A DNA stretch of 35,043 nt from Wolbachia sp. (GCA_028803175.1 JARBCG010000042.1:1-35043); one strand, 5' to 3'; shown: positions 18,137-27,881, counted from the first letter of the stretch. The notes: generated by a model not told the origin, from the sequence alone. Numbers and translations: made by a program.

Positions 18137-20242
18137 TTAGCGACCAGTTTTAGAACGAATATTCAAACGAATATTCAAAGGAATAGCTGCAAGCAGCGAA
18201 CCAAAAGCGATTAAAATAGAGCCAAACCAGATTATAGACATACCTGGTTTATAGTATACTTTAGTTGCAATTTTGCTTTTGTTCTTATCAATCTCGCCGA
18301 TTACAACATAAATATCAGAAAATAAGTTATGGTAGATACTACTTTCGACGTTTTTCTGACATTCAACAAGGTAAAATCTATATTCAGGGGTTATTGCGCC
18401 TAATATTTTATTATTTAATAGGTTTTCAATGTTCATGGTACCTCTAACTGCATGGAAGTTTTCTTTTTTTATTAGCTCAACATTTTGTAGGGTGACTTTA
18501 AATTTATTGACGGTGATGCTATCTCCAATTTTTAAGTAATTTTCTTTCTGCTCCTGCCAACCAGTGGAATAGGTAATACCAAGAACCAGAATTGCAACAC
18601 CAGCATGGGCTATCATCATTGCATAATAGGCTTTTGAGACTTTTTTTGCTAGCAAAATAGATTCACTAAATACTGCTTTAAATAAACGAATTCTTTTACT
18701 ATATGCTTCTAAAATGAAGACTAGCAATGCTATGGAAAAGGTGATCGATAGCACAATCATTAGTTCCATGTGAAAAATAAATGGTAAAATAGCTGCAGCA
18801 CTGCAGAATGAAAATCTGTATTCATGAAATATTGGTAATATGCTATTTCCCTGCCATCGGGAATATTGCCCAATCATGGTTAATACTAGTATAGCCAATG
18901 CAATAGGGTTGAATAGAGAGTTATAATATGGCGATCCAACCGAAATTAGTTCACCAGTTAAATATTCAAGTAGTGTTGGGTATAAGGTGCCAACAAAAAC
19001 GACGAAAAAAGCCGTAATGAACAGTAGGTTATTTATCAGCATCATCGTAAAACGAGAGAAAAGACTTCTACCCAGTGTTATCCAAGTGCTTGACATCGGA
19101 GGTGTATAATTTTTTCTTGCAAATATTATAAATATCAATAAGCTACTGACTGTAATTATGCCAAGCAGAACTAATATATATAGCCCATATCTTGGATCAT
19201 CCGCAAACGTATGCACTGAAGTGAGTATTCCAGAACGCACTAAAAAGGTTCCAGTTATGCTTAAAATGAAAGTTACAAGCGCAAGCAAAATAGAAAGATT
19301 TCTTAAGATATTAAAATTTTGCACCATAAGTAACAAATGTGTGAGTGTAACTGCGATGAGCCACGGCATCAAAGAGACATTTTCTACTGGATCCCAAAAC
19401 CAAAATCCACCCCAACCAAGCTCGCGATATGCCCACCAACTGCCAAGACTTATACCTAAAGTAAGCAGCGACCAAGAAATAAGCACCCAAGGCCTTACGA
19501 TTTTAGCCCAAGTATTGCCTTCAATTTTTGTGATTAATCCTGCGATTGATAGTGAAAAAGCAACACTAAACCCGAGGTACCCTAAATATAATATTGGAGG
19601 ATGAATAGCAAGACCTACATCTTGTAATATCGGATTAAAGCCCAGTCCGTCTGTTTCAATGCTCGGCATTTTAGTGAAAGGGTTAGACTCAAACAATATA
19701 AATAATAGAAAACAAAAACAAATTAGTCCCTGAGTAATTAGAGATGTTTTTTTTAAAGTTTGATCCGATGTCATTCCAGTGGCTCTAAGATTGTCATTTA
19801 AGTAGCGGACACTGGAATCCAGCTTATCAACATTGTTTTCAATATGCGCTCCTAGAATTTGTTGTCCATTGTGTAATTTGCAAATACTTTTATATCTGTA
19901 TCCCAGTGTCAAGCACTTGGATGACACAGCTTGCTGTATGCAAATATCCATCAATAATAGATAAAGAGTAAGTATTAAAACCCAAAGCAGCATTGATCCT
20001 TCTTTATTTCCCCAAACACCACAAATTTTATAAAACAAAGGTTTCGTTGTGTGCGAGTGATAATATACGTTCTCAAGTGAGAAATCATTTGTAATATGAC
20101 AGTAAATTAAGATAGCCATTGATGCACACACGCAGGAAAATATGGCAGAAGTAATGAATCGGTATGTGTTGAATGGCAAAAATACATATGTTAAGGATAA
20201 TAAACAGGCCATTAATAATAATATATTGCCAAAATCAGACAT
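18137..20242 (-). CDS. ccmF: Cytochrome c heme lyase CcmF with two in-frame palindromic insertions
   Basis: WG..EGSMLLW, NPILQD.GLAIHPP.LYLGY, WAYRELGWGGFWFWDPVEN, VRSGILTSVHTFA. Confidence 0.97.
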   Translation of the reverse strand: MSDFGNILLLMACLLSLTYVFLPFNTYRFITSAIFSCVCASMAILIYCHITNDFSLENVYYHSHTTKPLFYKICGVWGNKEGSMLLWVLILTLYLLLMDICIQQAVSSKCLTLGYRYKSICKLHNGQQILGAHIENNVDKLDSSVRYLNDNLRATGMTSDQTLKKTSLITQGLICFCFLLFILFESNPFTKMPSIETDGLGFNPILQDVGLAIHPPILYLGYLGFSVAFSLSIAGLITKIEGNTWAKIVRPWVLISWSLLTLGISLGSWWAYRELGWGGFWFWDPVENVSLMPWLIAVTLTHLLLMVQNFNILRNLSILLALVTFILSITGTFLVRSGILTSVHTFADDPRYGLYILVLLGIITVSSLLIFIIFARKNYTPPMSSTWITLGRSLFSRFTMMLINNLLFITAFFVVFVGTLYPTLLEYLTGELISVGSPYYNSLFNPIALAILVLTMIGQYSRWQGNSILPIFHEYRFSFCSAAAILPFIFHMELMIVLSITFSIALLVFILEAYSKRIRLFKAVFSESILLAKKVSKAYYAMMIAHAGVAILVLGITYSTGWQEQKENYLKIGDSITVNKFKVTLQNVELIKKENFHAVRGTMNIENLLNNKILGAITPEYRFYLVECQKNVESSIYHNLFSDIYVVIGEIDKNKSKIATKVYYKPGMSIIWFGSILIAFGSLLAAIPLNIRLNIRSKTGR
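19076..19101 (+). repeat. WPE-like arm in ccmF (short insertion)
   Basis: TGTTATCCAAGTGCTTGACA is 19/20 identical to the reverse complement of 19907-19926. Confidence 0.8.
19769..19926. repeat. Full-length WPE-like element in ccmF
   Basis: Inverted arms 19792-19822 and 19896-19926 are 23/31 complementary with TGTCA...TGACA ends; extra partial arm TGTCATTCCAGTG at 19769-19781. Confidence 0.9.
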
Positions 20243-20306
20243 AGAAGACGTTTAATTCTATTAGAATATCATTTATGATAACTGAAATTTTATTATATCT
20301 CTTTTA

Positions 20307-20331
20307 AAATTCGATTTCTGGTGGTAATTTT
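20307..20331. repeat. Intergenic RPE1-like remnant upstream of ccmF
   Basis: AAATTCGATTTCTGGTGGTAATTTT differs from acnA 11210-11234 by 4 transitions. Confidence 0.45.
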
Positions 20332-20425
20332 CTACGTTATAATTTACTGGTGCTTCTCAAAAATAGGGTAGAGTAATGAGAAGGGTATATAATTAAGATA
20401 GCAAGTAAATTAAAAACATTGTTTT

Positions 20426-21103
20426 TCAACTATTTACTTCAATCGTTTCATTATCAGTAAAACCTAAACTGACTAAATATATTTCTGTAGATTCAGATCT
20501 ACTTGACTTCGGTTTAAAGTATTTTACTATTTTAAACATTTTTTTTAATTTATTGTAAAAATCTTTATCAGACTCTCCTTGGAATATCTTTACTACAAAC
20601 TTACCACCACTATTCAAGAAATGCTTTGCAAAGTTCAATGCTGCCTCACATAAAAGCATAATTCTGATATGATCCAGCAATTTTAAACCACTAGTTCCAG
20701 GAGCCATATCAGATAAAATTACGTCAAATTTTTGATCTTTAAATTTTTCTTTTAAAATTTTAATCTCATTGATATCGCATTCTATAAATTCTACCCCACT
20801 TAATTCATCCATTGGCTTTATGTCAATAGCAAATACGTCTTCAGCTTTTTTAGATGCAACTTGTGACCACCCTCCAGGATAAGCACCTAAGTCAACAACT
20901 TTTTGTCCTTCTTGTAGTAACTTAAATTTACTATCTATTTCTATTAATTTGTACGCTGAACGTGACCTGTAGCCATCTTTGTTTATTTTTTGTACATACT
21001 GATCATTTAGATGACGATGAAGCCACCTTGTTGAAGATAATTTCCTACCTCTCGCCGTTTTAACTCTCGTTTTTATTGTTAGTACCCTATCAAGATTACT
21101 CAT
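20426..21103 (-). CDS. rlmE: 23S rRNA Um2552 methyltransferase RlmE/FtsJ
   Basis: GYRSRSAYKL, DLGA.PGGWSQ, SDMAP, KP.SSRSESTE.Y. Confidence 0.96.
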   Translation of the reverse strand: MSNLDRVLTIKTRVKTARGRKLSSTRWLHRHLNDQYVQKINKDGYRSRSAYKLIEIDSKFKLLQEGQKVVDLGAYPGGWSQVASKKAEDVFAIDIKPMDELSGVEFIECDINEIKILKEKFKDQKFDVILSDMAPGTSGLKLLDHIRIMLLCEAALNFAKHFLNSGGKFVVKIFQGESDKDFYNKLKKMFKIVKYFKPKSSRSESTEIYLVSLGFTDNETIEVNS

Positions 21104-21614
21104 TATTATTTATTATATCTTTAAGCTCTTTTTCAACTACTTCTTTTACTAGTTTGTACAGATGCTTATTTATCCACTATGATAGCTCAGATTTTAAAAG
21201 AGACATAACTAATTCTCCAACAGTAAGATTGTAATCACTAGGACTGTTTTGTTGTTGTAATTCATTTTGCACATTTCCAAGCAATGCTTTGATCTCTTTA
21301 ATATTTTCTTTTAAAATCAAATGATCATTATTTTGTGCTTGTAAGTCACTACTTTTCATCTTATATGACTTTTTGTCACTAGTGTGGCAATTACCATACA
21401 AATAGTCATCTGTTTTCTCTTCTCCTAAATTTTGACTATAATCACCAGATTGATTACATTTAAAAGTCACTTTTTCATTTTGATAGTTAAAGTTTTATTA
21501 TTCTTATTCGTTATCTACTTCTACTTTATCATTATTTGAATTTTTATTAGATGTAGCTTTTTTTATATCTTCTAAGATATCTTTTACAGATTGATTGCCT
21601 TGTTGATCATTCAT
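21096..21614 (-). pseudogene. popZ: PopZ / DUF2497 polar organizing protein pseudogene
   Basis: A single frame runs from ATG 21614 (..QSVKDILEDIKKA..) to TAA 21096 (..TVGELVMSLLKSELS*WINKHLYKLVKEVVEKELKDII..), with four internal stops; directly downstream of tolC. Confidence 0.85.
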
Positions 21615-21633
21615 AGCGTTAATACCATTAAAT

Positions 21634-22881
21634 TCAGAGATTTATACCATTTATTATAAAAAGTAAACGATAAACACTAGTCACATAATTACTTTTTGCT
21701 TCAACTAAATCTGAACGTGCTTTAAATAGTGCATCTTCAGTATCCAAAAGATCTGTTGTGCTCTTTAGATTTAAATTTACTTCTTGTTCCACTCCTTCTA
21801 ATGCTAAAGTTGCTGCTTTTTCTGCCTCCTGGCTTGCTTTGATAATAGATTTTGCTGTTAAAACATTATTCCAAGCATTTATAACCATTTGTTCTATATT
21901 CTTTACTGCCTCATAGTAATCATAAGTAACTCTTTTTACGTTCATCTTAGCTCTGCTAATACCAAAAACATTGGTTCCTTTTTTAAAAATTGGCACATCA
22001 AGAACAAAACCAACATTTACTCCGTGTGAATCGGAAAGTGTGCTTAAATTAATATCTTGTGTACCAAAATTTTTACTTGCACTGAAAGTTAAAGAAGGAA
22101 GCCATTTAGAATATTCAGCAATAACTTCCATGCTAGCAGCCTTTTTCTGATAAATCGCTGCCTTTAAATTTAGATTATTAGTTTTTGCTAATCGCAAACA
22201 TTCATTCAATTCTGGAACAGAAGGCAAGTTATCATTAGCTTCAGAAAGATAATCGGGGTTTTCGCCTATTAAGTGATAATAAGCGATGTTTGCTGATTTT
22301 AATTGACCTTCAGCATCTACTCTTTTAGACATAGAAGAAGAGAATTTTGCCCTTGCCAATGAAACTTCAGCACTAGTCACTTCACCGAGAGAAAAACGCT
22401 TTTTCATAGACGACAAATGCTCCATGGAGACACGTTCTTTATGTTCCATTAATTTCAATATTTCAGTCTTTTGTAAAACATCAACATATGCTTTTAAAGC
22501 ATTGAGCGCAACCTCTTGTTTCAGTTGATAAAACTTTATCTTCTCTACTTTTAATGAGTAATTTGAATGATTAAACATAGCAAAACTGCTCCCACCGTCC
22601 ATTAATCTTTGATTCAAATAAAGACTTTTTCCTAGTTGAAGTCTACCGCTTTTATCATCAAAACCAAAGTTCTCATTAAACTTATACTTCAAACGAATAT
22701 CAGGAAAAAATCCAACTAATCCAGAAGATTTTAGTTGCTTTTCTACACCTTTATACTGGTAAAATTGAGATTTTATTCTTGAACTATTTTTGATAGCTCT
22801 ACCTATAGCCTCTTCTAGATCAATTGCGTAGCAACTTATAGTACTTAAAATGATTGCAAGCGTAATAGTTAACCGAAGCAT
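21634..22881 (-). CDS. tolC: TolC family outer-membrane efflux protein (likely ATG start 22881)
   Basis: Signal peptide; OEP repeats (KRFSLGEVT..EV..ARA; KSTTDLLDTE); AGGTGG RBS before 22881. Confidence 0.9.
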   Translation of the reverse strand: MLRLTITLAIILSTISCYAIDLEEAIGRAIKNSSRIKSQFYQYKGVEKQLKSSGLVGFFPDIRLKYKFNENFGFDDKSGRLQLGKSLYLNQRLMDGGSSFAMFNHSNYSLKVEKIKFYQLKQEVALNALKAYVDVLQKTEILKLMEHKERVSMEHLSSMKKRFSLGEVTSAEVSLARAKFSSSMSKRVDAEGQLKSANIAYYHLIGENPDYLSEANDNLPSVPELNECLRLAKTNNLNLKAAIYQKKAASMEVIAEYSKWLPSLTFSASKNFGTQDINLSTLSDSHGVNVGFVLDVPIFKKGTNVFGISRAKMNVKRVTYDYYEAVKNIEQMVINAWNNVLTAKSIIKASQEAEKAATLALEGVEQEVNLNLKSTTDLLDTEDALFKARSDLVEAKSNYVTSVYRLLFIINGINL

Positions 22882-22963
22882 TTTACCACCTGTATATATG
22901 GTTGCATAGCTCAATTGCTAGCACAAATTGTTTTAATAATCAATAAATATTTACCTATAGTTA

Positions 22964-22993
22964 TTGACACTATTGAGAAATTAAGTATATCAT
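22964..22993 (+). promoter_or_regulatory. Putative sigma70 promoter of rplM-rpsI
   Basis: TTGACA-18 nt-TATCAT. Confidence 0.5.
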
Positions 22994-23020
22994 GGCTTAC
23001 TATTATTTAGTTAAATTGTA

Positions 23021-23479
23021 ATGAAGACTTTTTTCTTAAAAGAGAAGCAAATTGATAAAAAATGGTTTGTTATAGACGCAGAAGGATTAGTAGTAGGAAG
23101 GCTTGCAGCGTTTGTAGTAACATTATTACGTGGGAAGCATAAACCTGAGTATACACCTCATATAGATTGTGGCGATAATGTGATTATTATTAATGCAGAA
23201 AAAGTATATTTTACTGGAAAAAAACTTAAAGATAAAATCTATTATAGGCACACAGGTCATCCTGGAGGTTTGAAACAAACTAATCCAGCTAATATTTTAA
23301 ATGGTAAATTTCCTGAACGTGTGATAGAAATGGCAGTAAAAAGAATGCTTGATGATGGTCCTATGGCTCGTAGACGTTTTGAAAATTTATATGTGTATTC
23401 TGGTCCAGAGCATAAGCATCAAGGCCAGCAGCCTAAAGTGATAGATTTTGCCTCTTTAAATCGTAAGAATAAAAAATAA
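23021..23479 (+). CDS. rplM: 50S ribosomal protein L13
   Basis: [35 protein letters not shown]. Confidence 0.98.
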   Translation: MKTFFLKEKQIDKKWFVIDAEGLVVGRLAAFVVTLLRGKHKPEYTPHIDCGDNVIIINAEKVYFTGKKLKDKIYYRHTGHPGGLKQTNPANILNGKFPERVIEMAVKRMLDDGPMARRRFENLYVYSGPEHKHQGQQPKVIDFASLNRKNKK

Positions 23480-23489
23480 TGGAGTAAAA

Positions 23490-23939
23490 ATGGAAAATCC
23501 TACAATAAATAATAATCAATCAAAAAAAATCAAACCAGCAGTTGATTCACTTGGTCGCTCATATGCCACAGGTCGAAGGAAAGAAGCTGTAGCAAGGGTA
23601 TGGATAAAGCCAGGAAGTGGAAAGTTTAGTGTTAATAAAAAAGACAGTCTAATCTTTTGCTTGAAGAGTGAGTCAGTATGCCAAATGGTAAAAATGCCAT
23701 TTGTTGCGACTTCTACGTTAGATAAATATGATGTATTTGCGACTGTTAGAGGTGGAGGATTGTCTGGTCAGGCGGGTGCATTAGCTCATGGTATCAGTAG
23801 GGCTTTAAGTAGCATCAGCCAAGATTTATATTCTATACTCCGTAATGGTGGATTCTTAACTCGAGATTCTCGTGTTGTTGAACGTAAAAAATGTGGTCAG
23901 CATAAAGCTCGGAAAAAATGTCAATTTTCTAAGAGATAA
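23490..23939 (+). CDS. rpsI: 30S ribosomal protein S9
   Basis: [39 protein letters not shown]. Confidence 0.98.
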   Translation: MENPTINNNQSKKIKPAVDSLGRSYATGRRKEAVARVWIKPGSGKFSVNKKDSLIFCLKSESVCQMVKMPFVATSTLDKYDVFATVRGGGLSGQAGALAHGISRALSSISQDLYSILRNGGFLTRDSRVVERKKCGQHKARKKCQFSKR

Positions 23940-24084
23940 CCATTTTACTATGGTGTTTTTCTGTAGGTATAATGCAAATATCTACAAAAGTGTACGATAT
24001 ATTCTATTTTTATAACAAATTTGATTGACTATAGCCATCAACATAATATGCTATCTGTGTGAATTTTTTAAATATAGGTAATTT

Positions 24085-24396
24085 ATGAGTAAAGAAGATA
24101 TAATAAAGAAATTGAAAGAAAAGTGTTCAGAAAAGCACATCGGGGCAACAAAGTCTGATTTAAACAAGATTTTTGATGCGCTTATGGAAGTAATGAAGGA
24201 TGTATTAAATGATACAGGTGAAATGCGTCTGCATGGAATAGGTACATTTTGTATTATGATAAGCAAAGAAAAACAGTGTCGTAACCCTCAAAATGGTGAA
24301 GTAATGATAGTTCCTGAAAAGAGAAGAGTCAAATTTAAAGTAAGCCAAACTCTGGCAGGTGTTTTAAATGAAAAAGAGGAAGAGGCGGTTAACTAG
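24085..24396 (+). CDS. HU/IHF family DNA-binding protein
   Basis: [23 protein letters not shown]; 3' end overlaps convergent pdxJ by 8 nt. Confidence 0.93.
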   Translation: MSKEDIIKKLKEKCSEKHIGATKSDLNKIFDALMEVMKDVLNDTGEMRLHGIGTFCIMISKEKQCRNPQNGEVMIVPEKRRVKFKVSQTLAGVLNEKEEEAVN

Positions 24397-25096
24397 ATGT
24401 TATTGTTTTCATCTTTTTTACCGCACCGTATAAACCATGAAATACGGCTTCACTAATCAAATAGTGACCTATGTTAAAGGCTGATATATGTGGCGTTTGT
24501 ATTACTTTTTTAGCATGTTCGTAAGTTATGCCATGTCCTGCATGGCATTCTACTCCTAGTTTGTTGATATACTCTGCGGCATCAGCAATTAGCTGTAACT
24601 TTTTTTCCGATGGGTTGTTACAGTAGTCTCCTGTATGAATTTCTATTATGTCTGGTTTTGTTTCTAGCTTTTCAAGATATTTTAATTGACCCATATTTGG
24701 ATCAATAAACAGTGACACTTTTATATCAAAGTTGTGCATATCTTGTATTATATTGTGTAGCTTACTGTACATACCAATGATATCCAAGCCACCTTCAGTC
24801 GTTAGCTCTTCTCTTTTTTCTGGTACTATACAAATTGAATAGGGCTTTACCTTTTTTGCTATTTTAAGCATTTCCTCTGTTGCTGCAATTTCTAGGTTTA
24901 ATTCAGTGTTAATGTGATTTTTAAGATTGTATACATCTTCATCTCTAATATGCCTTCTATCCTCTCTCAAGTGCACAGTAATAAAATCTGCTCCTGCATT
25001 AATAGCAATCTTTGCTGCCTCTATGAGATCTGGGTATAAAGTGCAACGTGCGTTGCGAATAGTTGCAATGTGGTCAATGTTAACACCTAGTTTCAT
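24389..25096 (-). CDS. pdxJ: Pyridoxine 5'-phosphate synthase
   Basis: [46 protein letters not shown]. Confidence 0.97.
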   Translation of the reverse strand: MKLGVNIDHIATIRNARCTLYPDLIEAAKIAINAGADFITVHLREDRRHIRDEDVYNLKNHINTELNLEIAATEEMLKIAKKVKPYSICIVPEKREELTTEGGLDIIGMYSKLHNIIQDMHNFDIKVSLFIDPNMGQLKYLEKLETKPDIIEIHTGDYCNNPSEKKLQLIADAAEYINKLGVECHAGHGITYEHAKKVIQTPHISAFNIGHYLISEAVFHGLYGAVKKMKTITSS

Positions 25097-25134
25097 AATT
25101 TACCTCGAAAATTATTTGTACATTATACATGTTA

Positions 25135-25986
25135 CTATCTTTTTACAAAGATTTTATCGGTAATACGCATATCTATTATACTCCAGTCATTGAGTGAAAA
25201 ATCGGTTATATTTTGTAAGCGGTTTAAGTAATCCCATGCACTATGAGGATTATCTTCAGGAAGTTTTACTGTAAGACCACTATCAAGAATGACATTCCAT
25301 CGTCTATTTCCTACAAAAACAAATAAAGAAACCTGCTCACTTAATTGAGTTTTGCTTTCTAATATATCTTTAACAAATTTTAGATTTGATAGTGAATTTT
25401 GTCCTAAAATTACAACAAGAGTATTTATTAGATCCATTTCTTCTTTCATTCCAGTACTTCGATCCTGAGATCCATCATGGATTCCAGCGTCATGCGCTGA
25501 AATGACACGGGAGTTGGTTGTTGAATAATTATCTATGATTATTTTACCTTCAGAATCAATTATTGATGCTTTATCATTATCTTTCCAGATAGCAAATGGT
25601 TTATGTTCATCTATATTAATGTGTAGAGTATTAGGTAAAACTCTATGAATTCTCACATCTTTTATCCACTTACTTATAGGTTTCACATTACTTGAAAGTT
25701 TTGAAAGAGATACATGCATTATTAGTTGTGTTCTATCTATTAGATCCAAGATATCTTTTTTGTCTGTGAATTTGTTACCAGTAATAACCACTTTATTAAT
25801 TGTGAATCCACTGCTGAGTAATAAATTAGATGTGTACTCATTACACAAAGTAAAGTAGTAATTTAAGCGGTTAATTATTTTGTCAAATGAACTATAAATT
25901 ACCAATGTGAGAAAAAGTGACATAGCAATAACCAAAGCACATTTGCGTAAAAAACGTCTTTGGCTTCTAGCAATATTGTTCAACAT
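25135..25986 (-). CDS. ftsQ: Cell division protein FtsQ with in-frame palindromic insertion
   Basis: TM helix, POTRA (WIKDV.I.RVLPNTL.I...EHKPFAIW), GNRRW, IDMR; follows ddl. Confidence 0.93.
   Translation of the reverse strand: MLNNIARSQRRFLRKCALVIAMSLFLTLVIYSSFDKIINRLNYYFTLCNEYTSNLLLSSGFTINKVVITGNKFTDKKDILDLIDRTQLIMHVSLSKLSSNVKPISKWIKDVRIHRVLPNTLHINIDEHKPFAIWKDNDKASIIDSEGKIIIDNYSTTNSRVISAHDAGIHDGSQDRSTGMKEEMDLINTLVVILGQNSLSNLKFVKDILESKTQLSEQVSLFVFVGNRRWNVILDSGLTVKLPEDNPHSAWDYLNRLQNITDFSLNDWSIIDMRITDKIFVKR
25446..25507. repeat. Collapsed two-arm WPE-like element in ftsQ
   Basis: Arm TGGATTCCAGCGTCATGCGCTGAAATGACA (25478-25507) and degenerate inverted arm TCATTCCAGTACTT..GATCCA (25446-25474). 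Confidence 0.85.
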
Positions 25987-26916
25987 CTATTCGATTTCTA
26001 CATTCTCTTGCTGTAAACTGTCTTCTACAATAGCTTCAACTAACTCATTAAAGTCCATTCCTTTTGCTAACTTGGCGATTTTTGGCACCAATGACAACTC
26101 AGTAAACCCAGGATGTGTGTTGATTTCTAACATTTTTAAAGTGTTATTTTTAGGATTATAACAAAAATCTGAACGAGAAATAGTTTTGCATCCTAAAAAT
26201 CGGTGAACTTTCAACGCATATTCCAGAGTCATTCGATATATGTCATTTGGAATTTCAGCAGGAAATATGTGCTCTGTAAACCCATTTGTATATTTTGCTT
26301 CATAATCATAAAATTTATTTTTTGGCCGTATTTCTATAGTGCCGATAGCTTCATCAAGTAATACAGCGGTGTGTAATTCCATACCTGGAATATATTCTTC
26401 TACAATCATTTTCTTCATAATATTGTTATTATAGTCACCTTTTAGTTTTAAGTAATCCACATATGAAAAGATAACATGTACTCCTATGCTTGATCCTTCA
26501 TTAATTTGCTTTAAGACATATTGATAATCAATTTTAATGTTATTTTTTAGTATATTCTCTCGGCTAATTACGTAACCTTTTGGAGTATCAATGTTTAGTG
26601 AATGGAATATATGCTTTGACATTACTTTATTCATAGCAATAGCATAGGCCATAACTCCAGAGCGTGTATATTTTATCCACAAAACCTCGAGCAAACCTTG
26701 AACGCAGCCATCTTCTCCATAAGGTCCATGCAGAGCAATAAAAGCAAGAGATGGATTAATTTTCTTAAGTTTTTCAGCAATATTTCTATCAACATCTATT
26801 TCTATTGCATTATATGGTAGATTATCCAGTGCTTTTTTTACAGCTTTACCACTCGTAAGTGATATTTCTCTTTCACGGGAAAGCCCGCCGCTTAAAATCG
26901 CTATAGTTGAGGTCAT
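25987..26916 (-). CDS. ddl: D-alanine--D-alanine ligase (open frame, several conserved residues altered; likely ATG 26916)
   Basis: GG.S.EREISL.SG, ALHGPYGEDG.VQG, EGSS.G, YDYEAKY, LEINTHPGFT..SL. Confidence 0.95.
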   Translation of the reverse strand: MTSTIAILSGGLSREREISLTSGKAVKKALDNLPYNAIEIDVDRNIAEKLKKINPSLAFIALHGPYGEDGCVQGLLEVLWIKYTRSGVMAYAIAMNKVMSKHIFHSLNIDTPKGYVISRENILKNNIKIDYQYVLKQINEGSSIGVHVIFSYVDYLKLKGDYNNNIMKKMIVEEYIPGMELHTAVLLDEAIGTIEIRPKNKFYDYEAKYTNGFTEHIFPAEIPNDIYRMTLEYALKVHRFLGCKTISRSDFCYNPKNNTLKMLEINTHPGFTELSLVPKIAKLAKGMDFNELVEAIVEDSLQQENVEIE

Positions 26917-27082
26917 AGATACTACATTATATTTTTTACATAGCATACGCAAAAGATGCTCTTAGTTTCAATAGATTTTTGTTATCATGAAAAAAATGAG
27001 AAACTTAAAAAATATAAATTTATGTTGACATGCTATATTCCTTTCTAGTATTAGCATTTCATTAAATCAAAAGGAGAGCTTT

Positions 27083-27881
27083 ATGACTGGTGATTCACAT
27101 TACGTTGTGTCTGCAGGTTCAACTCAAATCAATAAATCAAATACTAAAGCAAAGCCTCATGTTAGAAAGACTCGTGTTTGTAATCGTGTAACTTATGAAA
27201 AAGCATTGGATAGCTTTACTAATCCTTCTTCGGAGAAAAGTAAATATATTGGGTATTTTTTTTGATGAAGCGGATGAAGAGACTAAAAAAATCATTGATC
27301 TGAAAAAAACGGAATTGCTAATTATGCACATTCTAGCACTTAAGAAAAGCAGGGACGGTTGCTGCATGGATACGGTTAAAAGATAATAAATGAGGATTAA
27401 AAATTGATAATTCATTTCTTAGTAAACCTTGCACGGCTAGTGATTTGAAAATTACATCTCTTGTATTGTTGGCATCTGAGGAAGAAATAAGAGGATTACG
27501 CGTATCATTAGATGAGAATAAAGCGCGGCTCTATGAAATAATAAACTGGTCTTATAACATTACATTTAACTGGAAAGTGGATGAAAAAGACTGTAGCATA
27601 ACTGTGAATGTTAGTAGTGATGGTAAGGTAAATTGTAGTAACCCAAGTGTTGGTTTAACTTACGAAGATCTAAAGAAAAATTGAGCTGTAAATTAGTTAA
27701 GTTAGATTTAAGTTTACAGAAAGCTAGTGAACAAGTAACAATAGCTACTCCGCCACAAACAAATTTAATAACTCCTGGAGCAAGTCAAGTTGGTACAAAG
27801 GAAAAATTAGCTGGTAATCTTTTTAGGTCTATCGGATGTGTGTTTTGCTCATTAGGCTTTTATATAGTCGTGCTATCTTGA
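27083..27881 (+). pseudogene. Fragmented Wolbachia-type hypothetical gene
   Basis: TTGACA at 27025, AGGAG RBS, ATG 27083; four consecutive short same-strand ORFs in changing frames; first break at the T8 run 27256-27263. Confidence 0.55.

Noticed and set aside
17315-21614. Stop-codon reassignment (TGA=Trp, TAA/TAG=Glu) as an explanation for the in-frame stops in the dioxygenase and popZ
   Set aside because: Intact genes here end normally at TAA, TAG and TGA and have no internal stops; the dioxygenase also has a frameshift. Pseudogenisation is simpler.
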